Positions 42,818-59,098 of a stretch of 64,000 bases of DNA are shown here, one piece after another (within the stretch, counting starts at the first letter, position 1; each line of letters starts with the position of its first letter). The position numbers and the translations under genes are program-made. Source of the stretch: Auanema rhodensis (Eukaryota > Animalia > Nematoda). Location of the stretch: the NCBI GenBank assembly GCA_964057225.1, contig OZ059900.1, positions 13,702,001 to 13,766,000 of the forward strand. Direction: 5' to 3'. The notes beneath the pieces are model-generated. The model was not told where the DNA came from. It saw only the letters and a program-made list of their open reading frames with translations, and made no database searches.

Positions 42818-44953
42818 AAAATGTTAATATTAATAAAAGTAGAGTGAATGAAGAGAAAGATATAGTTAAATAATTTTCTCATTGTATGTAATATTAATAT
42901 ATATCACATGCTACATCATATAACCTGCCTTGAAAATAATATTCTCATATCAAATATTAATGAGATGACTTCGCTAAGACTTTCAAGCGTTTTCCCTATA
43001 TAATGAGAGATATCGGAACAATTTCCTTTCTATACTTGAATCTCAAAATATATTCTGATTTGGTATATATTGAAAAAAGAGCAACCTCTATCGCCTCAAA
43101 AAAAATGAAGAAGAAACCATCATTGCTATGAAAATTGTGGAAAACCTTTATTATTAACTTTTAAGAAACTTATTGGTTTATTTGCTTTTCTTATTAATCC
43201 TATAACCGTTTTCATGTTTATTTACCCAATTTCACTCTAGTATAACAAACAGCTAGAACTCTTAATTCATTTTTCCCTTTTGCCAATCTTCAATCTTCAG
43301 ATTGCTTTTTTTCCGCGTCAATGATTTGAATTGTTTTAACTAGTGCCAATTGGGAACTGCTGTAGATCGTTGTATGAGTATTGAATGGCTGAATCTTTAG
43401 CTAGTATTTAGTACATCATATATAATGTTTTTTAAGCTTTTAAGATAAGCTTTAAATATAAACAAAAAGTTTATTTTGTTGTGTTTCCTTCTTGTTTTGC
43501 CTATTACCATGATATTGATTTAAGTTCTGAATATCTATATAACGTTTTTTATTGATTTGTAATTTACTAGGCTCATGAATTCAAGATATTAACTTTTTAT
43601 TGAAATTAATTTCTGAAGATGAATATGCACATGCTATAAACTTTTTGGTGAAATGAGTAACAAAGCAACCAACAGAGTTCCAATTGATCAGCTATCAACT
43701 GCAATATGAAGACAACGACCACGCCTGAGACAGAATAATATCTTTTCACTAGCATATGTCACTAACGGATCTATTTTCTCACGATTTTTCTTGGGATTTT
43801 TTCATTCAACAATTTAGTATTACTTATTGCTCGTTTTTTTTCCAACGTTTTTAATAGATGGAAAAAGCTTGTGCATTTACAACCTACTGGCTCTTCTAAT
43901 TGATACAAACCAGAAATCTCTAATTGGATCCTCACACATTTCTGGACTCATAGTCAAGAACGGATTTCCCTTTTCTTGAAACTAATTTAAATCATCTATC
44001 TCATCATTCAAATAAATAGAGAATTAAGTTTCACCAGGAACTTGTGTTTTATATACTATTCGGTGTTAAATTTGAATTGAATTAGACCCAGATGGTCCTT
44101 TCAATGAAGTAGCTTAGATTCGATGCTCCAACCATTGGTTATGATCACCTATGTTCACAATGGCCAACTGAATGCTTTTCTCGTACTGGTCTTTGTTCTT
44201 AAGTTCTTCAATCTTATTTTTAACTTTTCAATATCTATCTATATGCTATTCAATTTCATGTTTTCACTTTATTCTTAGTCCTTTACTACTTTCAAGCATG
44301 CATTTACATTCAATATGTGTTCATCTATCTATCTTATGATCTAAGATGAGAAGTTTCATGCGGTCCAAGACACGTCAACTCTATTGAGCTGAATTTATGA
44401 TTGTGGATTATCCGCAAAATTAATATTCCTAGATTTGCACTATTTCTTTAAACCTTTTTGTCGCGAAAAATCTGCATTTGACAAATTTTCGTGAACAGAA
44501 GCCAGTCCAAGATAAAGAGAAACTTAAATTTCGACTATGAAATGCAAAATAGCTCCGTGTGAGCAGAACAATTCTTTTTAAATTTCCGAACAGAAGCTAA
44601 AATTGATGAATGTGTTCCGTAATTGAATTTCTGTTGTCAAAGGGTAAACTCCTGATGATGCAACTTTCTGTGAATGTAGCTATGCTCAGAAAACAGAGTT
44701 TTCAACCTAATTTTCGAGATCTGTTCAGTTACTCTCGTATGCAGAAGCTCACACACTTCACTATATATACTCCTAGTATTACTTGTCGATTTTAACTATT
44801 TTATTAATTATTAATATGAACACGGTATGCTATTTTTTCTTATTTCTGTATTGAAACTTTTAATGAAATTGCCTGTAGAAAACAATTTTTGCATTGTCTT
44901 TCAAAATTTCACCTAGTTTCTGTTTCCAGAACGACGAAAGTAGCTGTGATGAA

Positions 44954-45222
44954 ATGGTGAAATCTCGAGGATCTGAGCATCGTTCATTATCAAGATTATT
45001 AAGCAATAGTTCAAGTAAATTTTTGTTGTTGTACAGTTAGTGTTGTAGAATAGCTTAAACATATGAATACATTTTCAAATTTTTCGTGAATTGCAATCTT
45101 GTCTAGTGACGATAATTTCATTGTTTCAGGCGGAAGAGCAATCAACTCTATTCCTAATGCTGTGTTGGCTTCGGCTCCTCTCGTAAGCTCAACAGTTGAT
45201 GATGAATTGAGAAAAGAACTAT
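44954..45222 (+). CDS. pkc-2: Probable distal alternative 5' coding exons of pkc-2 (44954-45014, 45130-45222)
   Basis: tttccag acceptor at 44929; MVKSRGSEHRSLSRLLSNSS|SGRAINSIPNAVLASAPLVSSTVDDELRKEL; strong gtgag donor in phase 1, matching the phase-1 acceptor of the common exon at 50403 (S-QRIEGKAFVRRGALRQKNV). Confidence 0.6.
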
Positions 45223-48200
45223 GTGAGTTTAGTTTCAAATATAAAAGAGATCGTAGAAAGCCAGATGGGTGCAAAAACTAAGAAATAAAACAAAAAAAAA
45301 CTTGAAAGAACTTTGTACAGTTTTTTTTCGATTTTTATGTATTTATATTAGTACACAAATACAAGTATACCTGGGTAGAGTATAATGAATATAATTTTCA
45401 AATAAACTTTTTACTCGTTTAATAAAATGCTGATAACTATGCTCTAAGGTCTAATACTATAGGTATATTGAGTATAAACCATAATGCTAAGTATGAATTA
45501 ATGGTGATAATCCAATAAAAAGTTAGTTGTATTATGATTTAAGTAGATCGTGTATCACATGATATACGCTTTGCGGGCAAAAAATTATAATAATACCACA
45601 TCTGTTTACATTTTTCTGTGCCATTGTATCTTTGCATCACCTTTCTTAATGTAAAGTATGACATACATTACATTTTGACCTTCCAGCTTGCTGTAGTTAA
45701 AAAGTTGTTTTCTCTCAACTTTCTCAAACGTGATTTCATTTGACGTTCCGTTTACATTATAAATGTATAAATATTTTCTTTTTTAAATGAGAAAAAGAAT
45801 ACTTCATTGTATGTAGTTCAAAATGTTTTTAAATGAAAACGATTCCGGACTTGATGTGGTGTTTGTAAAAATGGCTTCTATCGTAAGTTTTCTATGCGCA
45901 TTCATTACTTAATTTATATTTTGCCATTCTATTTCGGTTCTGCAATTATTTTTGGAGTAAAAAATTGTTTTGAAAAGAAATTTTTTTAGAAATATGAAAG
46001 TTCATTTATATGTTTTTATGAAAATTATAACCTTAAAATAAAATAATAGAATAAAATAATACCTTATGATGTTATTTTTTTTACCAAAAATTATTTACAT
46101 GCCAAAGATTTGTCAACAATTTGAGATATAATAAAATTGACTATATATTGAAGAACACTTCATAAAATTATCGAATGAACCGGTTGACGATGATGCAAGA
46201 TTGCATATATTGATAAAAATATGAAAGATCTGTTCAGAGATGAGAGAGAAAGTCAAAATGCCCAAAAGAAAAAGTAGATTTTTCAATGAAATCATGGTTA
46301 GTGAACAAAAGTGAAAGAATGCACATTAAGTGACCTATGATATAGGCTCAAAAATAATTATTTTATCATCATTTTTTCTATACTATATATAGTATGTTAT
46401 TATGCGTTATCTTTCTTTTTTTTTTTAAATATTCTCTTATCTATAAATATTATTTACTTTTATCATTAATATAGCTAACATAGGCGTGTATCTCCGTATG
46501 GTTGTGTTGCAAACGTCAGAATCATACGTGTTTAATGAATCATGCGGGAGAACTTTTTAGCAACTAATGAAAAGTGCAATAAAGGATAGATTATAGTGTT
46601 GAAAATATTTGTAATGCTAGTTGTTTTTTCGTTGTATTTCGAATTCTTTTTGTCATTGACTTAATTGAATTCAAACGATTGCATGAAAACAAGACAATAG
46701 CAAATACTTGTAATTTCTCACTCTGTTAGCTTATCCTGCTGACTTGAGCTTGAATTTGAATTAAATTTTGATTCATGATTCAATATTATACCGCAGAATA
46801 CTTTTTCTTGTAACCATCTGTCATGTTGCTTTTTCAAACGTTTGCAAAGATGTGAATAGCCAAATTTTGAATTTCTTTGTTATTTAAAATCTTTAATCAT
46901 AATTAAGCCTAATAAATAAGTTAGTCTTTTTTATTTCCACCCATTCTTTTAATTATTTCTGACTGATTAATTACCATTGGCGTAGGTTTTTTGTTTGTCA
47001 CAAACAGATGGAATAGCATATTTTTCATTATTCTTTGACGTTCAAAAAATCTGAGATATTATGAAGTGTTGACAAATGATATTTATTTTTAGTTAATCTA
47101 TTGAAACACTAAATATAAACATTTCAATCCGTATTGTTAACTTTTTTTTTTGGCTATATATCGATATACTATGTATCATTATACTTCTAGACACTTTCTT
47201 TCTTGAAAAAAAATGAATTGAACCAAACTAAATACGCTCTCATGCATAGACTGAAACTTCAAAATGTAAAAGTGATGTAAAGTGGTTTTAGCTCGAGAAT
47301 GCGGGTAAAATTATTTGTATATTTATCTTATAACTGTTATCTTGTGGTTTATTAAAAGAAGATTATTGAATTGAAGCCAAGACAGTCATCGCATTACTTT
47401 CTATTTGTTATCTATCCCCCATAATCAGGTTCTTTAATGCTTTTCTGCTATGCTTCATGATCAATATGTTTTTGTCTTCTCTTTTTATACAACTTTTCTT
47501 TCATTTTTTCCGAAATGAAAAAAAGAGAAAAGATTCTTCGTTGTGTATAAGCCTACAATCCCCTTTAGTGTTACTTACACAAATATTCTTTTGATGAAAG
47601 ACATAGTAAAATTTTTTCGCGTGATTCTTCCTCAAAATCTAGAGAGAAAGTTATTATGCCATTATTAATGTTTTCGTTATTCAAAAAAAAGATAAGCACA
47701 TGTCTTGCTCCTATTATCAGGTATATAAAAGCATATTATGGGAACTTAAATGAGGAAAAGTTTTTTGTTTGAAATGCAGTTTAAGTACTGAGAGAAATAT
47801 AGGCTGCTCAACAAATTCAAATTGAGTGGAACTAATAACTTGAAAATTATAATGTGAAACGAAGATATATTTAATATATTGATGACTCTGCAAAGCTTCA
47901 GCTGGTTCTTCTCGTTTGTTTCGATGTATTATTGGGCTTAAAACCGAGCATTTGGTGGATATTATGGAGTGAGAAGCTCTTATCAGCCCGCAGTACCCCC
48001 TTCTTGACTAATTATATTAAATGCGGCCACTTTCTAATGCATTTTTTGCATCATATTTCTCCTATAATGGACTTCACATTTGCTTTTCTGCTGAAATAAA
48101 GCAAGAAATATAAAGATTTGTGCGCTCACTCAATCCACATTCACTCAAAATCATCAAGGAGGAGTTCTTAATGTCTGTCGTGATTCGATTTTGGCTTCTT

Positions 48201-50126
48201 ACCCCTTGATTGAGTAGCAGTGCTCTCACTTTCTTAGCAATCCTATTTATACGTACATGTACACATGAACATTAATACATATATATATATATATATTTTT
48301 TTTTTTTTGATTAATGAATTATTTATTCTCACATTTAATTAAATTCGTGTCGATAATAATGATGTGATTAAAAATAGTTTTCACAAGACAGTTTGAATCC
48401 TAGAACTTGATCATTGTATAATAATACATAATATAATCTGATAATTGGCCTTGGTCCAATATTCAATTCATTTTAAAAAAAATAAGAAATTTTAGATTTA
48501 CAATAAAAAAAAACAATTTAATAAAATAATTATAATATCTACTCCATTTTTAAATAAAGAAATTGTAAATTATATATGTATTTCTAGTAAAGCTAGAAAA
48601 ATCTGCTAAAAGACTTGACAATTCTGAATGATTATTATTTACCCAGTGCACATGCTGGCAATACATATCCCACTTTATCATCGTGCCTCAAACCTTCACT
48701 CTACCCTTTTTTCATTCTTCTTCTTGATCACGTTTTCTTCGAGAAATTGAAACTCAATAATACTACATGCTCAACTTTTTATTTGTTACGAAACCCATCT
48801 TCATCTGATATTATTCTTTGATCGACATAACAATAATGTATTGTTGGTTTCTATTCCTAGCATTTTAAACTGTTTTTCAGCCCTAGCTGCTCATGAAAAA
48901 AATTAATTCCAACTTTAAAATTCATAGAAAAACTAAAATAACCCTATTGAAGCATTTTCTCTTAAAATTAAAAATTGCCTCCTAGTCAGGTTCGCTATTT
49001 TTTTTTATATTCGCAAAGGTAGAAAAGAATTTAAAAGTATTTTATCTAACGATAAAAGTCCTATTTGCGTTTTTTTTATTCTACATGATAGGAAATAAAC
49101 TAACTGAAATATTACACTTTCTAAAATGCGTCATTTTTTATTTGGTTTGAAATTTATAATTCATGTATATTGAAGTAGTAAATCTTTTGATATGCTGCAA
49201 GTACCACGTATATCTGGTTTGTAAGTATATATATCGGACTATGTATATTTGCATAAACATATTAGAATAAATCAGCTTAGCCAAAAAGGAAATCTTCAAG
49301 CTCATATTTTTTATCATGATTGGCAGCAGAGTATATATATTCTCATTTTCTTATTCTTCATTTTCACTTTCCTCTTCCTTTTTTTTTTATTTCTTTTTCT
49401 TTTTTTACTACTTACTCTTTGCTACGCCTTCTCTTTTTCCCTTATTTTCTGCATCTCGTTATTTAATCCGTTCTCAATATTCAGCTAGATTATCTCGCTT
49501 ACATATTATTATTTTCACACTTCTGTTGTCTATGTTTATTTCATTATCTTATAGATCCATTTCATGCAGTTATTTTTTGTTTCTTAATCCTGCTTACTAT
49601 TTCCTTCCTTCTTTTATGTAATTTTTACTTTATTTCTTAAGCATAAAAAAGTAGTTTAAAGAACTTTTTATAAGTATATTAGCACTTGTATTATTTTAAA
49701 ATTTATTCATATCCAAGAAATAATAAATTCAAATAAAGCAGTTTCTTGAATTTTAGACTTGGTTTCTTAAAAACAATAACGAAAGTTGTAAATAGGATAA
49801 CCCTCTAGTTTCTACATTCAATCCTTAAGAGAACATTCATATTAGGAGAGTTCTTTTGTTTGAATGACAGATGTCTTATGATCATATTTTTTTTCTGCTG
49901 AAGCGTTTTCTTCTCGTTTGGATTTCAAACAGAGTTTGCAAAATATTGAAAATCATATGTTGAGCATAATTGTATATTATAATGTAACAGAGATATGTTA
50001 AGACTAATATCCTATTTTGTATTTGTGCTCATTTTCATTTTCAACTGTGTCTTTCCATCTTCTTCTGAATACGTTTTTCCTATTCACATACGCTTTATTC
50101 TAATTTGTACATAGAGTGTATCAACA

Positions 50127-53478
<3,352 letters not shown>

Positions 53479-56400
53479 AACAAAATAGAGAAAAATATTA
53501 ATAATCCTGCTTTAATGATCTGCATGTTTGGAACGTGAGCACGTTTATCAATGTAGACAGTCAGTGTGAATTAGCATTCTTTACTTCTATCAGTTGTGAG
53601 CTTAATATTATTATTGGTCCTTCCGCACATCCTACTGTTTTATTTATGATCAACTATAATCTCGTACAAATTTTTTTCTTTTATATATAATATAATATAT
53701 AAGTTAATAAATTGTTATTAAAAGTTTTATTTTAATATTTTTTTTATTTCTTAATAATTATCGATTGTTTTTGAAACATCATGTTTGATATGCTTTTGTT
53801 TTCTGAGTCAAAAGTAATACATCTAACTATATTATTCTTTTATGCAAAATAAGTAATTATTATTGGATTTTTAAAGTAATTAAACGATCTGAAAGCTTAT
53901 TTTGTTCATTGAAGGAATTAATTCAAATAATTTGTTTTTAATTAGAAGTTACTTAAATGTTTTCAAAATAAATAATATAAATTTCATTTAAAAATTAAAA
54001 AAAAACCGAAAAAAAGTAAAAATTTCAATATAATTATAATATTAAAAAAATATTTCTTAGATTTTTTTTCAATTACTCTAAGTAAAATTCTCAGTTTGCA
54101 CAACTCGGGTCTTTTTTTGACCAGAAAACTTAACTTACCTTTCATTCATCTTAAGAATTAATAGAATACTTTGCAAACATTTAACATTGAATGTTATAAT
54201 AAAAACATTGCTGAATATTGTTTCTCTGAGGCTAGAAAATGACAACTTTGTCTTGATTTCCAAAAAAGGAAGCTGAGTGGTTACATAAACACAAAAAAAA
54301 TAATTTTAAGTTTAATTCGTTTCATGTTGTTTGAGTTTTTGGTTTAAGTAAACAAATTTCAATTGTAATTAGTGTGAGTATTTACATACTATTAATGTTT
54401 TCACTTCAAAAGCCTTCTTTAAAACTGTTGTTTCTCTGTTTCATTTAACATGTACAGGGAAGTCAAATATGGCGTCAAATTTGTTTTCCGTTCTCCGTGA
54501 TCACATAATTCATTATATATAAGATATAATTGAGGTTGAAAATAAACTAATCCAATAACCCTACAACGCCTTTATAGCTTGACTGGATGATGTGAATCTC
54601 TGTAGTATTATTCGGTAATGTAGAACACAAAGTATCGTTGCCATATTTTCTTTTAATACTTTTTTATTGTTCTCAGCACGCTTGTTATTCACTTTTCTTC
54701 TTAAGTTATCTCTTGTACTCCTCATGTCTACAGAACGAAAGAAAAATTCAAAAATTCTCATGAACAATAGAATAACAACGAAATGTCATTGGAAGAGTTT
54801 GTTCACTTTCTTTTTTTCAAAACTTCATCAAATAATACATTTATTTTTATTTTAAGATAATTATAAATAATTTCATTATGCTTAATAGTATTATTATTAA
54901 AAATCATGATAAACGTGAAAGTTTCCTAACAAAAAGTTTTCTATAAAAGGCTGGTTCATGCATTGTTCTATTAACAAACATTTTTCTCGACTTCTTATAC
55001 AATATATCCGTTGAATCACTTTTTTCTAATTCCAATTTTCTTAGTATCTTTTTCTGAAAAATATATTTTGGATTTAAGTAGTTTTTCAAAGTAATTAATC
55101 TAGATATGAGGAATCAAGTATCATATCATATATTGCTTATACTTAATTATAATCATTGGTTTGACATGAAGGAATTATAGCTTTTTCTTCTTACCGTTTC
55201 TGAACAAAAACTATAAAATGCAAACATAAGCCAAGTTTTATCAATCATCTGGAACATGCTGATTATGAATGAATTGCATATTTTCATGAAAAAGAGCTCT
55301 CCCAGCATTTTTTGACAGGAATTTTTTGGAATTTCTTTCATGTGTTAGTTTTTTAGCGACTTTTCTAAAGTAGGCTATCATAAAGCATGATTATCCTGAA
55401 AATAATAAAAATTATTCTGTTTTGCTCTGTAATCTGATGGCATACAGATAAACTAAAGTTTTGTTTTCATCCTTTTTGATCATTATATGTGATCAGGTTT
55501 GTATTGATTAAAAATTAAATGAAAGAATGTATAGCTCATCACTATACTATCTGGAGAACATGAGTATAGAATGAAAAATATGTACTTTCATTCTGTATTG
55601 CTTATATATTTTATTTAAGATAGTACAACAACTTGTCCTTAATGACATGAATGTTGTGTTTTTTTTTGTAAGAAAATATATTATTGAATAAATATAGGTT
55701 CAGCAGCAATTTTATGTTTTGTTTTTGTATTTCATGCTTTGTTGTTTGCAAGTATTATTGCTTATTTGAAAAATTGTTCTTCTTGTAATTTGATAATAAG
55801 AAATTAGTTTGCTATTTATTACTTTTGGATGGCTGGTTACTGTAAGATAGCTTGTTCAGAAAAAGAAAAATTAATAATAGACACAACATAGAATATTGAA
55901 TTTTAATTCGGCAATTAACAACAGAGTTATTGTGACAGATCTTTTTAAGGACATCTCTATTTCTTCACATGCCGATGTAAAAAAATGTTTTTACATCGTC
56001 TTTGTAGAAAAATATCCTTTTTTGCTTATACATTTTAATTTGCGAACTAAAAAAACTTCGTGATCACCATTCCATTTCGTATACTTATGTTTCACTGAAA
56101 CTTGTAGTTACAACAATTTTATTAAAATATTAAAAATAATTGTTAATTAAGTTGAGATCAGAATGATAAAATCAAATGTTTAACAGCATTAAAGAAATCA
56201 TTCTATTTTCATGATCTGATCATTGAGTGTATTGTATTCCAATTATTCATAAGATTTATAGATTTGTCATTACTCATTCTCAATAATCTTATATATTACT
56301 CAACGCCATATGATAAACATTGACTTCATCTTCATACTATTTAAGTTATTTTCATTGATATGACATTATTCAATGCATTAATGTAACCTATCTACTAATA

Positions 56401-57197
56401 ATAAATGAACTATCATTATGATACCACTTCCTTGACAATGAGAATAAGAGAAAAAAAGGAATCATATTTGAATGTGACATCAGTAAATGGAATATCATAT
56501 TAAGCATAATCTTTGTTCTTCACTGTCAGCATTGTTTAAATGCACTCTACAAAATTGACTTGCACATCTTTTCATTCTTGAATAAGACGAAATCTTAGAT
56601 TATTCTTATGTAATGTTCAGATGTTTCATCATAATTCGTTTTTCTCACTTATTTACATCACGTGCTAGAGCTCTAAATTAATTTTATATATTCTTTACCT
56701 TTTTATAGTTTGACTAGAAACTTATATCCTTATAAAAATATACTAGAAGACAGAAATACGGTTATTATTGATACGTATTGTTAATCGTTGGAAAACATCT
56801 GTCTGGCATTAGGAATTTATACCGTCATCACTCAAAATCTACTTCAGACATCAGAAGATAGGTCCTATCTTAATAATTCTGAACATGATACTAACTGCCT
56901 ACCAACACCTTTCTCAGCGACTCTTACAAATTCATATCACTCATCGGTTAGACAGTTCTTGCCATTTTTAACTCTTCATCCTCAAGTTATTTGAAATGTG
57001 ACTGAACATGCATTTGTGATTTTATCTTACATCATTTCATTTTCTTGCACGCAACAAAAACGGTCGTCATCATTTTCTTTTTGGTTGTTTCAAAATAGAA
57101 TCTTCTTCTTCTTTGTCTTTTTTTATTCAATTACGTTGTTCAATTAGTTTTGTATATTATTTGAATCATATAGGTAAAGTTTGCAATTGGTTTGAAA

Positions 57198-57825
57198 ATG
57201 ATGCTTATCTGGATTTGTGTATTTCTTACACTTAGCACTTTGACCAACGCAGCGGAATGGAAACAGAGAAATGTGAACAGTAATGCATTCCAGCCAGAAA
57301 AAGGTTTTACAACTGCAATCACTGGATATGATTTCAATTTTAGGTGAGGATGAAATGGCTGAGCTAGCATGCCTTACCTGTTCTGAAATGTGTCCTTGGA
57401 AATGTCAGATGGAAGAGAGGTTTGCTTTTGACGAAATTCTCCTTTTTAAATAGTTTTCTATTTCTTTTGAAAACAAATAAAATTTTAAATTTCTTTATTG
57501 ACAAAAAACCGAAAAAATTTATTTCCGTCTCTCACATCATGAATTCTAACATTAATATATGCGATACAGTGAGACATAAGTCAAAAAAGAAGGGCAACAT
57601 TGGAAACATTCCACATAGTTGCACCAAGAACCATTATCTGACTACATAATGTGTTGAGAATATAAAATACTTTTTTTTGTTAAATTAGTTCATTTCATTA
57701 CTTTTAATTAAAATAATTGATAATGTTTCCACTATTATTATAGATATCCATCAATGAAATTATTCATGAACCCCAAAAGAGCCATGATGCGACTTGGAAA
57801 ACGAGCAGTCATGCGTTTAGGATAA
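57198..57825 (+). CDS. flp-20: FLP-20-like neuropeptide precursor (exons 57198-57303, 57344-57419, 57744-57825)
   Basis: Signal peptide MMLIWICVFLTLSTLTNA; C-terminal KR-AMMRLG-KR-AVMRLG-stop, resembling the FLP-20 peptides AMMRFa/AVFRMa/SVFRLa. Not in the ORF track. Confidence 0.8.
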
Positions 57826-59098
57826 AAAAACCCATGATATTCGGATATGCACTCAAGCTATGCTAGTGACTCAATCTCATTGCACTCTAATTCTTTTCTT
57901 ACCTGAGCTGATAAAATGTAATGTATTCCTTTTAGTCAATAGCTTTAATATACAAACTTTCATGAATTGTAAACCATCTTAATTTGACATATAACACTTT
58001 TTCTATCATTTAAAAACCCTTTTGTTGCCGATACTTACCTATCTGGCTTCGAGATAAATGTTCATCTTTTTTTTTTTATATAGAATGTCTCATTGATATG
58101 CGATACCAAATTGAATTAATAAATTTGACACATGTTGTTTTATTCAGTAGCAAAATTATAAATTAAAATGATTATAATGAGATATATTTTATAATAGTAT
58201 AATGAATGAGTGATAAAACAAGTTCCAAAACAGCATTTCAACATGAAAGTTCATAGAAATTGAAACATACAAGCACACATAGTTAATTATACAGATGTTT
58301 GTTTTTATTAATTTATACTTTAATACTTATAAATAAAAAATTAAAAAATTAAATTTATTTATATTTGAATAAAGAAAATATACATTAACGAGTCCAAAAC
58401 AAAATTACATAATTAATAACTGAAGACGCATTTCATGTGGACCAATCGCAAAACGAATTTGGAAGTAGCCTAAACAATAGCCCGAAAGGATTGCGATTTA
58501 TCGACTATTTTCTTTGTGCACTCTTGTTTCTCTATGTTCTCTCATTGGCACAATGTTGGACATGGGTCAATACGGCGCTCTAATGCAGGTCATATACGCG
58601 CTCTATAGCTAGCGATGTTCATTAATATTTTTAGTATTCAAACAATGTAATCATTTTATGTTTTCTTTTAATCAAATCAAAATATAAAGATCATTTTTTT
58701 CTCCTACTGGTTTTTATGATCATTTTATCATTTTATTTATTGGATAACTTTCATCTCTGTCTTCATTTAGTTTCTCAAAAATCTGACCTTTTGTTGAAAA
58801 ATAGCTGGGCAGACATTCTCGAATGTTCGGATATACTTGTAATACGATCGCGTTTAATGATTCATTTTCTTTATTATATTTTGAATAAGTTTTATCTTAT
58901 ATAAGCTTTTGTTATTACTTTTCTTGCGAGCTATCGATCGCGCTGCTGGTGGGCAGCACAAAGCTCCTTATAGATTTTCAACGTAGTTTTCTCTTCTTTT
59001 CTTTTAATACTTGCTGTTAGTCATCTGCTTTTCATTTGCTTGGTTTACTTTTGATTAATCTTAATTAATTAAAACTTTAAAAAGCAAAGTGTTTGTAG

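Noticed and set aside
42544-42819. His/Thr-repeat ORF (THTHTH)
   Set aside because: It is the translation of the CA microsatellite.
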